Positions 13,630-23,697 of a DNA stretch of 30,950 nucleotides are shown here, piece after piece. The stretch comes from Azolla caroliniana (taxonomy: Eukaryota; Plantae; Polypodiophyta), in the NCBI GenBank assembly GCA_043228905.1, contig JBHGNT010000367.1, positions 1 through 30,950 on the forward strand. The letters run 5' to 3'. The notes beneath the pieces were generated by a model. That model worked only from the letters and a program-made list of their open reading frames with translations, had not been told where the DNA came from and did not search any database. The number at the start of each line of letters is the position of its first letter. Positions within the stretch are counted from its first letter, which is position 1. The position numbers were made by a program, and so were the translations under genes.

Positions 13630-16600
13630 ATGATAATGCATTCTCTGACAAGAAGGTTATTAACCTCCCCTGTTCTTCTTCTTCTTCTTCTTCTTCTATA
13701 CTTCCATATGTTAATATGGACCACTACTGCAACCCTAACCACGCCGATTAGTACTAATCCGGACATATCCTCTCTGCTAAGCTTCAGAAATAACCTAAAA
13801 GACCCCTCTAACTCTCTCCTGAATTGGTCCATATCGGACCCTTCTTCTCCTTGCTCATGGACAGGTGTGAGCTGTGATGAACAGAACAGAGTCATCTCCC
13901 TCTCTCTTCCTTCTCTGTCGCTACAAGGAAACCTCTCTTTGGACCATCTCTGCGATTTGAAGTATTTGCAACACCTTGACCTTCATGACAACCTCCTATA
14001 TGGCTCTCTTCCACCGCAGATGGCTTCCTCCTTACCAAACCTGCAGGCACTCGATCTTAGCCTTAACCTCATCTCTGGCCCAATCCCACCTTCAAGCTTT
14101 AATGGAAAGCTTCAGAAATCTCTCTCTTCCATCTCATTGAGTGGCAATTCTCTCTCCGGACCTCTCCCCACTGAATTGTGGGAAATTAGCAGCCTAATAG
14201 TCATGGATTTCTCTAGTAATAAGCTCTCTGGAGACCTTTCTCCGGAGGTAGGGAATCTCACAAGCTTAGAATACCTCGATCTCAACAACAATCAGTTCAC
14301 AGGGCCAGTTCCAAGTGAGTTAGGGAACCTAAAGTCTCTCACTGACCTCTCACTGGGACAAAACTCATTCAGTGGTTCTTTGCCCAGAGAGATAGGGGGG
14401 CTAACTAACTTAACTAACTTGTACATGGCCTCATGTCAGCTGACAGGGCAATTGCCAGCTGAGATCGGAGGATTGCGCTCATTGGTGAAGATCGATTTCA
14501 CACACAACTACCTCTCGGGGCCCATCCCGGGATCGATCGGCCAGTTAAAGAACCTCGCGTCATTGATAATGCCCTACAATCTCTTCAACGGCTCGGTACC
14601 GGCAGACCTCGGACAATGTGATGGCTTACGGATCGTGGAGCTCTCATTCAACAAGCTGACTGGAAAGCTACCCGATGAACTCTCCCGGTTGCGTTTCGTT
14701 GCCTCGCTGTCTCTGGAAGGTAACCAACTCAGTGGACCCATCCCTGGCTGGTTAGGGGGCTGGCAGCTCCTCAGCTCTCTGTTGCTGGCGACCAATCATT
14801 TTGAAGGGAATATCCCGACCGAGTTAGGTAATTGCTCATCTCTAGTTACCTTGAGCTTAAATGGTAACCACCTCTCAGGTCCGTTGCCGACTCAGCTTTG
14901 CAATGCACCTCTCCTCTCACAACTGTTTCTCAACCGGAACTTCTTCAATGGAACCATCGATACCACGTTCCAGAATTGCTCTTCTTTAACCGATATTGAA
15001 CTAAATGGGAATCAACTAACCGGATGGTTACCTGGGTATCTCTCCAAGTTAGAGATGTTAGTTGCCCTGAGCATTGATGGGAACAACTTCTCGGGCCCAA
15101 TTCCTGATGAGATATGGGAATCTAAATCTCTAATGGAGATCTCGGCCCGGAGTAATCTCCTGACAGGGTCATTATCAGGTAATGTTGGCAAGCTATCTAT
15201 CTTAAGCCAACTATGTTTAGATAATAACCATCTAGAAGGGGTGCTTCCTGTGGAGCTAGGGTTGCTAGAGAATCTCACAACTCTCACTTTAAGTTCGAAC
15301 CACTTCAATGGGAGAATACCGCCTGAGCTTGGAAACTGCTCTCAGCTTGCTACACTCGACTTAGGTAACAATATGTTGTCGGGAGAAATACCAGGCATAT
15401 TCGGGAAACTCCCTGTGCTTGATTGTCTGGTCTTGTCACATAATCAACTCTCAGGAAGAATACCTGAGAAAGTTTGCTCCGTTTCAAAGGAATTCAACAT
15501 GCCCGATTCCATGTTCACTCAGCATTTTGGTGTCTTGGATTTGTCTTTCAACCGATTGACCGGACCGATTCCTAATCGCATCGGGAATTGCTCGGTTCTA
15601 GTCAATCTTTTGCTTCAAGGGAATCAGTTAAGTGGGCCAATTCCAGAAGAGTTATCTCTGCTATATAACTTGACAACACTCGACCTTTCTGAGAATGCAT
15701 TGACCGGATCGATCCCCCCTTCATTTGGCAAGTTGGGCAGATTGCAAGGTCTAAACATGGCCTTCAACCTATTACAAGGAACTATTCCCTTGGAACTCGG
15801 TGAAGTGACTAGCTTAGTTAAGCTCAATGTCACACATAATGAGCTCTCAGGTTCTCTTCCTGTCACACTAGGGAGGGTCACTGGGTTAACACACTTAGAT
15901 GTGAGCTACAACAAGTTAGAGGGTGAAATCCCAGCTGAGTATTCGAAGATGGTCTCGATTGTGGGGTTCTATTTAGGCTCAAATAAGTTAAGAGGTGGGA
16001 TTTCAGATCTTCTTACAGAGAGCATCGTATGGCATCAAGTTCAAGCTTTAGATCTAAGCGGGAACATGTTCGATGACACGATTCCAAAGAGTTTAGGGAA
16101 CCTCTCTAGCCTTTCTTACCTTGATCTACACAGCAATAGGTTTTCGGGACCGATCCCGGCCGAGCTTGGAGAGCTATCTCAGTTGGCTTATCTCGATTTG
16201 TCAGAGAATCATCTATCAGGTGAAATCTCGCTGAATCTGTGTGATCTGGATGTGTTAACCTTTCTCAATTTCTCGGGGAACAAGCTAGAAGGAGAGGTGC
16301 CAGAGGAAGGAATTTGTGCTAAGTTATCTGAGGATTCTTTCCTCATGAACAAAGCTCTATGTGGCTCTATGCTTCCATCACATTGTTCATCATCATCGCC
16401 ATCATCATCGCCATCATTTGGACATAGAAACCGCGTTCTACTAAGCCCAGGGGCTGTTTTAGCTATCACTGCGGGCGTTCTTGTAGCTTGCTTTTGCATC
16501 ATTGCAGCCTTTTTAAGAAGGAAAATGCCCATTCAAGACAATCTCTGCGAAGACATAGAGCAGAGAAAACTGAATCATCAGATAACCTCACTTAACGATT

Positions 16601-17559
16601 CTCATGAGATTTTCTTCAATGAGAAGATGAGAGAGCCATTGAGCATTAACGTGGCTACTTTTGAGAGGCCATTGTTAAGGCTCACTCTTGCTGACCTTTT
16701 AAAAGCTACTAACAATTTTTGCAAGGCTAATATCATTGGAGATGGTGGCTTCGGCACTGTGTATAAAGCCGTGTTATCGGATGGAAAAGTGGTTGCAGTG
16801 AAGAAGCTAAGCCAATCCCGAACACAGGGGCATAGAGAATTCTTAGCTGAAATGGAAACCTTAGGCAAGGTGAAGCATCGGAACCTCGTTCCTTTGTTGG
16901 GTTATTGCTCATTTGGTGAAGAAAAGCTTCTAGTTTATGAATACATGGTGAATGGGAGCTTAGAGCTATGGCTCCGGAACAGGGCCGACGCACTGGAGTC
17001 CTTGAATTGGGAGAAGAGGTTCAAAATAGCAGAGGGTTCAGCCCGAGGTTTAGCATTTTTACACCACAGCCTTATCCCACACATCATACATAGAGATATG
17101 AAGACAAGCAACATACTTCTTGATGAGAATTTTGAGCCAAGGGTAGCAGATTTTGGTCTTGCAAGGCTTATTAGTGCTTGTGAGACACATGTGAGCACTG
17201 GCATAGCAGGTACATTCGGGTATATACCGCCTGAATATGGACAAAGTTGGAGGTGTAGCACTAAAGGAGACGTGTATAGTTATGGTGTTATATTGATGGA
17301 GCTTTTAACTGGAAGAGAAGCAACTGGTGTTGAGTTCAAAGATGTGGAAGGCGGTAACTTGGTAGGGTGGGTTAGAAATATGGTGAAACAGGGACAAGCT
17401 TCAGAAGCCTTAGATGCTGTTATCTCTGATGGATCATGGAAGCATACAATGGTGAAACTATTGTTACTTGCTTGTTTGTGCACTGCCGAAGATCCTTCGA
17501 AGCGTCCGACAATGCAAATGGTCGTCAAATCGATGAAGGAAATGGATAGCTCAGTTTAA
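13630..17559 (+). CDS. EMS1: LRR receptor-like Ser/Thr kinase, EMS1/EXS (LRR-X, BRI1-related) family
   Basis: 1309-aa uninterrupted ORF. It has a hydrophobic signal peptide, an N-cap (LLNW...PCSWTGVSC) and roughly 30 plant LRRs (LxLxxNxLSGxIP). It also has an EMS1-type island ([25 protein letters not shown]), a TM helix ([21 protein letters not shown]) and the juxtamembrane [14 protein letters not shown]. The kinase carries [51 protein letters not shown] and [12 protein letters not shown], which closely match EMS1 as I recall it. Confidence 0.95.
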   Translation: MIMHSLTRRLLTSPVLLLLLLLLYFHMLIWTTTATLTTPISTNPDISSLLSFRNNLKDPSNSLLNWSISDPSSPCSWTGVSCDEQNRVISLSLPSLSLQGNLSLDHLCDLKYLQHLDLHDNLLYGSLPPQMASSLPNLQALDLSLNLISGPIPPSSFNGKLQKSLSSISLSGNSLSGPLPTELWEISSLIVMDFSSNKLSGDLSPEVGNLTSLEYLDLNNNQFTGPVPSELGNLKSLTDLSLGQNSFSGSLPREIGGLTNLTNLYMASCQLTGQLPAEIGGLRSLVKIDFTHNYLSGPIPGSIGQLKNLASLIMPYNLFNGSVPADLGQCDGLRIVELSFNKLTGKLPDELSRLRFVASLSLEGNQLSGPIPGWLGGWQLLSSLLLATNHFEGNIPTELGNCSSLVTLSLNGNHLSGPLPTQLCNAPLLSQLFLNRNFFNGTIDTTFQNCSSLTDIELNGNQLTGWLPGYLSKLEMLVALSIDGNNFSGPIPDEIWESKSLMEISARSNLLTGSLSGNVGKLSILSQLCLDNNHLEGVLPVELGLLENLTTLTLSSNHFNGRIPPELGNCSQLATLDLGNNMLSGEIPGIFGKLPVLDCLVLSHNQLSGRIPEKVCSVSKEFNMPDSMFTQHFGVLDLSFNRLTGPIPNRIGNCSVLVNLLLQGNQLSGPIPEELSLLYNLTTLDLSENALTGSIPPSFGKLGRLQGLNMAFNLLQGTIPLELGEVTSLVKLNVTHNELSGSLPVTLGRVTGLTHLDVSYNKLEGEIPAEYSKMVSIVGFYLGSNKLRGGISDLLTESIVWHQVQALDLSGNMFDDTIPKSLGNLSSLSYLDLHSNRFSGPIPAELGELSQLAYLDLSENHLSGEISLNLCDLDVLTFLNFSGNKLEGEVPEEGICAKLSEDSFLMNKALCGSMLPSHCSSSSPSSSPSFGHRNRVLLSPGAVLAITAGVLVACFCIIAAFLRRKMPIQDNLCEDIEQRKLNHQITSLNDSHEIFFNEKMREPLSINVATFERPLLRLTLADLLKATNNFCKANIIGDGGFGTVYKAVLSDGKVVAVKKLSQSRTQGHREFLAEMETLGKVKHRNLVPLLGYCSFGEEKLLVYEYMVNGSLELWLRNRADALESLNWEKRFKIAEGSARGLAFLHHSLIPHIIHRDMKTSNILLDENFEPRVADFGLARLISACETHVSTGIAGTFGYIPPEYGQSWRCSTKGDVYSYGVILMELLTGREATGVEFKDVEGGNLVGWVRNMVKQGQASEALDAVISDGSWKHTMVKLLLLACLCTAEDPSKRPTMQMVVKSMKEMDSSV

Positions 17560-18981
17560 TTGAAAGATAAAGATAGCAATTTCTTTTGTATCACCAAATT
17601 TGAATGTCTTGCTTCTTGTGTGTCGGTGCTCCTAGTTTGATGTATTGTAAAGGGCATGCACTCATGGTTGTACAAAACAGTGTTTATGCCAACATGATCT
17701 TTGCCTATCTATCATTGTGTGGTAGTAACTATCATCTAATCACCATCCTGAGTGACCATAGATTATCATAAGGAATGTGCCTCTGAATTCTCATTTATAG
17801 TAATGATATTATTGATCCAAGTTGTCTGATCATCACTTGATTGTCCCTCCCTCGTTGGTTAGATGTCATTTTGTACAAATATCAATAGAAAGGTTCATTT
17901 TGTTTTGATCTCTGTATTTAATGTTATCCTAACATGTTTGATAACACTTCTTAATTCGATCACTAAATGATTGGTTTGAAAGATGACAAATAAACACTAT
18001 TTGGATGCCAGATTTGTCTCTTCAAAATTCTTTCAAAAATAAGTCATTGGGAAGGGTATAGAAGATATATATATTTTTATCATGGTATTTTGTACTAAAC
18101 AATGTTTTCTTTGAAACCATACTTTTCTTTTATAGTACATCTTTTCCTTATTACTTAGATTCTATTTGGATATCGACAAACAATTTATGATTTATGCTTT
18201 GCTGATTTCATCCGTACTTGCTGTCCCAACTGATTTCCAATTGTTGATGTGCACAAATCTAGAGGATTAACAACGGAACCTTCTCTTTTGTTCATACAAG
18301 TTTTTCGACCGTCTTCACTTATCATGATATACATAATAACCTTGGGAAGGATAGTCGTGCTGATGGGGGAGAAGAGTGCATTTGCACTGTCGTAACAGTG
18401 GATGTTTTGCAGAGTTTAGCCACTGTGTATAGCAAGAATCATGGCTTGTGCATAAAACACAATGAACATGAATGAAACATGTACATAATTCATTTATGTT
18501 ACAATATACATAAATTATTAGAGCATGTAGCAATCTTGTAAATTCGAATCATGTGCTAAACATCTAGGCTATTGCGGTTTTCTTATCCACATGATTGTTA
18601 ATAACCTTCGCATGGCAATGCACAGCAAAATGCCCCCGAAGAGTATGGCTCTTCATGCCCTTTTGGAATAATTATGGATGTTGTAAATCTCCTCTATATA
18701 CAAAGACCCTTTTACTGGCATGTAAAGTCTAGAGATGGCCATAAACACATCCTGTAGGTTAACTTGATGTCATTATAAGCCCCCACACCTGCTCTCAAAA
18801 CATTATTTGCAAACAAATAATGCAAGAGCCTTGTTCACCAAGATTGCTAAAGAAATTTCAAACCTTCTGCATGACCGGAGAACATAAGACATCATGCTGC
18901 TATTCTTCTTAGTTCATTTTGCTTCCTTTCCTCTTCTAATGTGTTCTGTGAGAATGGATGATTGCCCTGAACTTTGTGTTT

Positions 18982-21618
18982 TTATGCTCCAAATTTCATC
19001 ATCAGTTTTTCAACTCTGGTTTCTTCCCATCGCATGCCAGCTGCAGCATATATATTACTCATGCAAAGATACGCAGTGACACATTCTGCATCCAGCTCTA
19101 TTGATTTCTCAAAGGCATACTGCCCAAGTGCCACATTTACCCATTTTTGACAAGAACCTAACAGAGTTATCCATAGTGGAAGACGGTCTGAGCATTCAAC
19201 TTTCTCAATCAGAATCACAGCCTTGCCAAAGTGTCCGGCGCGACTAAATAGATCAACCATACATGTGTAGTGATCATGAGTTGGTGTGAGAGAATATATA
19301 ATGTTCATTGCAGTGAAGAACACTTGACCCTCATCAACAAGACCAGTATGGCTGCATGCAGTGAGCAATGCAATGAACGTGACCAAAGTCGGTACTATAC
19401 CTTCTGTTATCATCTGGTCGAATATGGAAAAAACCCCTTTTACCTGACCAAGCTGGGAATATCCAGCAATCAATGCACTCCAAGCAACAACATCCCGTAC
19501 ATGAAGCTCATCGAACACTCTTTGTGCTTTTTCTATTGCGCCAAATTTAGCATACATATCTACTAATGCACTACCAACCATGATATCTCTTTCTAGAAAA
19601 CCTTGCTTGCCCATCTCTACATGTACATCTTCTCCCTTCTCCATTGACCCCATACTGCTGCATGCTTTTAGGATACAAACAAAAGTGACCCCATCTGGTG
19701 ATATACTCTCCTCCTTCATCTTAGCAAAGCACTTTAGCGACTCGGCGTCCAGTCCATGCTTGACATACCCAGAAATCAGTGCATTCCATGAGAAAATATC
19801 CCTTACCGGAATATCATCAAACACTTCGCGTGCTTTTGCAAGTGAACCACATTTGGCATGCATGTCAACTAATGCATTACAGATCATTATATGTTTTCCT
19901 AACAAACCGTGTTTCCTAACCTCAGCATGTATTTCTTCTGCCTTCTCAGAAGAGCCTAAGCTCCCGCAGGCTTTCATGATAGAAACAAAGGTGACTGCAT
20001 CTGGTGTGAGGCCTTCTTCATGCATCCTTTTAAAGCAACCAAACACCTCATAATTCAGACCATGTTTGGCATAACCAGAAATCAATGCATTCCATGAGAT
20101 AACATCTCGAACCAAAAGTGTATTAAATGTATTTTCTGCCTTTGCAAGTGCACCACATTTTACATACATATCCACCACTGCATTGCCAAGCACAATGTTC
20201 TTTTCTAGTAAACCTTTCCTGTCGATATCAGCATGTATTTCTTCTCCCTTATCAAGTGCTGATATGCTACTACAAGCTTTCAAGATGCAAGTAAATGTAA
20301 CACCATCTGGAGAAATGCCTTCTTGTTGCATCTTGCTGAAGCAATTCAAAGCTTCATCTGCGAGGCCATATTGCACATACCCACCAATCAGTATGTTCCA
20401 AGAAATGGTATCTCGTATTGCAAGCTCATCGAACACTTCTTTTGCCTTTTGAATCAGACCACATTTGAAGTACATGTCCACCAATGCATTGCCAAGTACG
20501 GTATTCTTCTTCACTAACCCTAGCTTCCTAATCTCAGCATGTATTTCTTCTGCCTTTGCAACTGATCCTAGGCTACCACAAGCTTTCAAGATACAAGTAA
20601 AGGTGGTTGCATCTGGAGAAAAACCTTTATCTTTCATTTCTTTGAAGCAATTTAAAGCCTCAACACCCAGGCCTTGTTGGGCATATCCATCAATCAATGT
20701 CGTCCACATGACGACATCTTGTACTGGAAGTTCATCAAATACTTCTCGTGCTTTTGTTGTCATATTGCATTTTGAGTACATGTCTACCAATGCACTGCCA
20801 AGCATGATATTTTCTTTCAATAACCCTTGTTTGCTAATCTTAGCATATAGCTCTTCGCCCTTTCTTGATGCTCCTGTACTACCACAAGCCTTCAAGATAC
20901 AAGTATAAGTGATAGCGTCTGGGGAAAGGCCTTCCTCTTGCATCATTTTAAAGTATCTCAGAGCTTCATTACCAAGCCCGTGTTGTGAATAACCAGCTAT
21001 CAAGGCATTCCAAGAAATAATATTTTTTTCTGGAAGTTCATCAAACACTTCTAGTGCTTCGAGAATCATGCCACATTTCACATACATGTCCATCAATGCT
21101 GTACCAATCACGACATTACTCTCCAATGACCTTTCCTTGTAGAGCTCCGCATGTATCTCTTTTCCCTTCTTGATCAATCTCATGCTTCCACAAGACTTCA
21201 ATATGCAAGTAAAGGTGAATGCATCTGGAGATATACATTGCTCTTGCATTTGTTTGAAACAATTTAGAGCTTCATCCACAAGTCTATACTTAGCATACCC
21301 AGTGATCAATACATTCCAAGAGACTACAGTTCGTATTGTCAGCTCATCAAAGACATTTTGAGCTTTTGCAAAGGCATTACACTTTATATACATGCCCATT
21401 AGAGCATTGGTGATGAATATATCTTTGTGATAAAGCTTTTTTTTGAGAATATCAGAATGTATCTCTACACCCTTTCGTAGATCTTTCCTTTGCCCACAAA
21501 CCTTTATGGATTCCAAAATTGAAGCATGATCCTTCTCTTGCACACAAAATTTTTTGGTCTCCATACAATCATCAATCATCTTCATTTGTCCAGCATTTTT
21601 CATACATAAATTCTCCAT
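18982..21618 (-). CDS. PLS-class PPR protein with E1/E2 motifs and no DYW domain (putative organellar RNA-editing factor)
   Basis: 878-aa ORF parsed by eye as L-S, then 6x(P-L-S), then P2-L2-S2, giving 23 PPR motifs. These are followed by E1 (LWITLLGSCQKWVNV) and E2 (AYLCMSNIYAAAG). An in-frame TGA lies two codons upstream of the ATG, and there is no obvious transit peptide. Confidence 0.92.
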   Translation of the reverse strand: MENLCMKNAGQMKMIDDCMETKKFCVQEKDHASILESIKVCGQRKDLRKGVEIHSDILKKKLYHKDIFITNALMGMYIKCNAFAKAQNVFDELTIRTVVSWNVLITGYAKYRLVDEALNCFKQMQEQCISPDAFTFTCILKSCGSMRLIKKGKEIHAELYKERSLESNVVIGTALMDMYVKCGMILEALEVFDELPEKNIISWNALIAGYSQHGLGNEALRYFKMMQEEGLSPDAITYTCILKACGSTGASRKGEELYAKISKQGLLKENIMLGSALVDMYSKCNMTTKAREVFDELPVQDVVMWTTLIDGYAQQGLGVEALNCFKEMKDKGFSPDATTFTCILKACGSLGSVAKAEEIHAEIRKLGLVKKNTVLGNALVDMYFKCGLIQKAKEVFDELAIRDTISWNILIGGYVQYGLADEALNCFSKMQQEGISPDGVTFTCILKACSSISALDKGEEIHADIDRKGLLEKNIVLGNAVVDMYVKCGALAKAENTFNTLLVRDVISWNALISGYAKHGLNYEVFGCFKRMHEEGLTPDAVTFVSIMKACGSLGSSEKAEEIHAEVRKHGLLGKHIMICNALVDMHAKCGSLAKAREVFDDIPVRDIFSWNALISGYVKHGLDAESLKCFAKMKEESISPDGVTFVCILKACSSMGSMEKGEDVHVEMGKQGFLERDIMVGSALVDMYAKFGAIEKAQRVFDELHVRDVVAWSALIAGYSQLGQVKGVFSIFDQMITEGIVPTLVTFIALLTACSHTGLVDEGQVFFTAMNIIYSLTPTHDHYTCMVDLFSRAGHFGKAVILIEKVECSDRLPLWITLLGSCQKWVNVALGQYAFEKSIELDAECVTAYLCMSNIYAAAGMRWEETRVEKLMMKFGA

Positions 21619-22736
21619 TTTTCATTCTTTCCCTTCTCACCAATACTTGGGAAAACGGCTCCCTTGTTAACTAATAAACAACTGCTGATCTTATGAACTT
21701 GTCAGTAGCTAATATTTACAAAGGGAATACAATCCGGCACACATTTCCTACTATAATTCCGTTAACAATATTGTGGTATTTCCCATTATCCTGGGCTTTT
21801 TCACAGATGAAACGGAGAATTGTTCAAACTGGTGAAACAATTATCCATGTTTCTCGTTCTTTACTTTCTAAATCTATAATCTAACCCTCATTTTTCTTCA
21901 GGCAAACATTGATTGCATTGAAATTCTCCATTTTTCTCATTTTTAAACTTCTCAGTTTATCATGTATTCCTTTTCCCGGAAATGGTTTTTACACACAACT
22001 CCATTCTTCCCCCCCTCACCCACTCTTTCTTTACCTTCTCATCTGGTCATCTGAATCCCCATTTCTTATCTGGATTCCTACACAAAAAATTCGCCATTTG
22101 ATTAAATATAAATGATTAAAATTCACCACTTGGATCATACATAAATCCAACCATTTGGATTAAACATAAATCCTCCATTTTTTCTTTCCCTTCCCATTGG
22201 GATCTAGAGACGATAACAGAAATGGGGTCTTCCAATATGTCGATCATCAATATAATACCTCCATTCATTTGAAATTGCTAATGAGACAAATTCCTTACGT
22301 TCTCCATCTCGATTAACCCACGATTTGAAGTTCATCCTCTGCTGTTCTTCATTTTCATCACCTCTCTCTGTCTCCCTCTGTCTCTCTCTCGAAACTCTGT
22401 AGGGGGTAAGGAAGCCCCTTTACTTTGAGGAATTTACAAATGGAGCCCTTTTAGTTTTGTTATATTACATGCCATGCCCTCCCTACCATACCTACATAGT
22501 GAGCCTTACTACGTGTGAACTCTCAAAAGAACTTCACTAGGGGGAGTGGTAAACATATACATATATATAAGGATAAAACTATTGTTATGGAGTTCAGCCA
22601 AGCAAGTTGTCTTTCGCATGCCCGATTATAGTTGCATACCAAGTATTATTGGCATCAACATGGTATGTATTGTCGTGTTGGATCTTTTCCAAATCATGCA
22701 CCTTGCAATATATAGAGAGAGATTGTTATTAAATTT

Positions 22737-23696
22737 ATTTTTTTCCATAAAAATTATGCTCCATTGGTATTAAAATTAAAAAGGTCAGAGGCTTTTCCAT
22801 GTCTACAAGTTATATCATCAAAGACAGGACCAAATATAAGTGGTGGCCTTTGGCAAGATAAAGATAATTATAAACTATGAAAACAAATCTCTTGACAATA
22901 ACACCTTTGCTATACCACATACAAAGGGGATATACTCGGGGACCCTATCGTCAATCTCCCCATAACCACACAAATTCCCGCAGTCGAAGAGAATACATTT
23001 CTTGTTGGTAGTCATGCTCAACCTAACTTGGTTGTCCACCCTGTTTGTTGGTAGTCCTGCTCAACATATATACCCTGTTTGTCCACAAGATATTGCTTTA
23101 GGCAAATTTTTGTATATCAAAGCCTTCTTCATCTGTTGCAGTTGAAGACACCAAACAGTCCATAATGCACATGTCATGATTGGCCGCCTTGGACAACCCC
23201 CATCTATCCTCTCCCATGACGAAACAACCATGTCCTTCATCTCCACGATCATTGAAAAGATATTTGTATTGAATCTCCATACCATCAACACTCTTGTTTA
23301 TCACAACAGCCATGCGCCCGTTACACCACAATCATCTACCTAGTCATGATAGTTGGCTTCAACCCCCCCACCATCTTCACTCATCCTTATCAGAGAAGAA
23401 TTTCTTCATTCAGTCCACATCAGTCATCTCGCCGATTTACATCTTGCCAATGCCAATGTCCACGAAAATCCTATGTTAATAACAAAAAATTAGTCCAAAA
23501 GTTTCCTCACCCACTCCTGATAGTCATATGGGGAGGTCGAAGCCAACTATCATGAGTGAGTGAGGAAGCTTTTACACTAATTTTTTGTTGTTAATACAGG
23601 ATTTGCGGGGACATTGGCAAGATGCTAATCAGCGAGATGGCTGATGTGGACTGAATGAAGAAATTTTTCTGTGATAAGGATGAGTGAAGATGGTGG
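22737..23696 (-). mobile_element. Nested 960-bp non-LTR (TPRT-type) insertion carrying decayed LINE ORF1 sequence
   Basis: Flanked by an exact 18-bp direct repeat, GAGATTGTTATTAAATTT (22719-22736 and 23697-23714). A T-run at the left end (22738-22744) is a minus-strand poly(A) relic. The minus-strand translation LIYKNLPKAISCGQTGY resembles the L1 ORF1 YExLP..CxxCGxxGH knuckle. The host LINE motifs rejoin when the insert is removed. Confidence 0.8.
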
Positions 23697-23697
23697 G
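23367..23697. repeat. Long imperfect inverted repeat (arms 23367-23524 and 23546-23697, 21-nt loop)
   Basis: The left arm CCCACCATCTTCACTCATCCTTATC...CCTGATAGT matches the reverse complement of the right arm, with about 17 substitutions and one 6-bp CCAATG duplication by hand alignment. Confidence 0.95.

Noticed and set aside
14574-17528. Several minus-strand ORFs inside EMS1
   Set aside because: Antisense shadows of the LRR/kinase codon pattern.
18894-21361. Repetitive plus-strand ORFs inside the PPR gene
   Set aside because: Antisense shadows of the PLS repeats; their periodicity simply mirrors the real gene.
23002-23086. Repeat-spacer-repeat pattern resembling a mini CRISPR
   Set aside because: Only two copies, a eukaryotic context and no cas genes; better explained as duplicated zinc-knuckle coding sequence.
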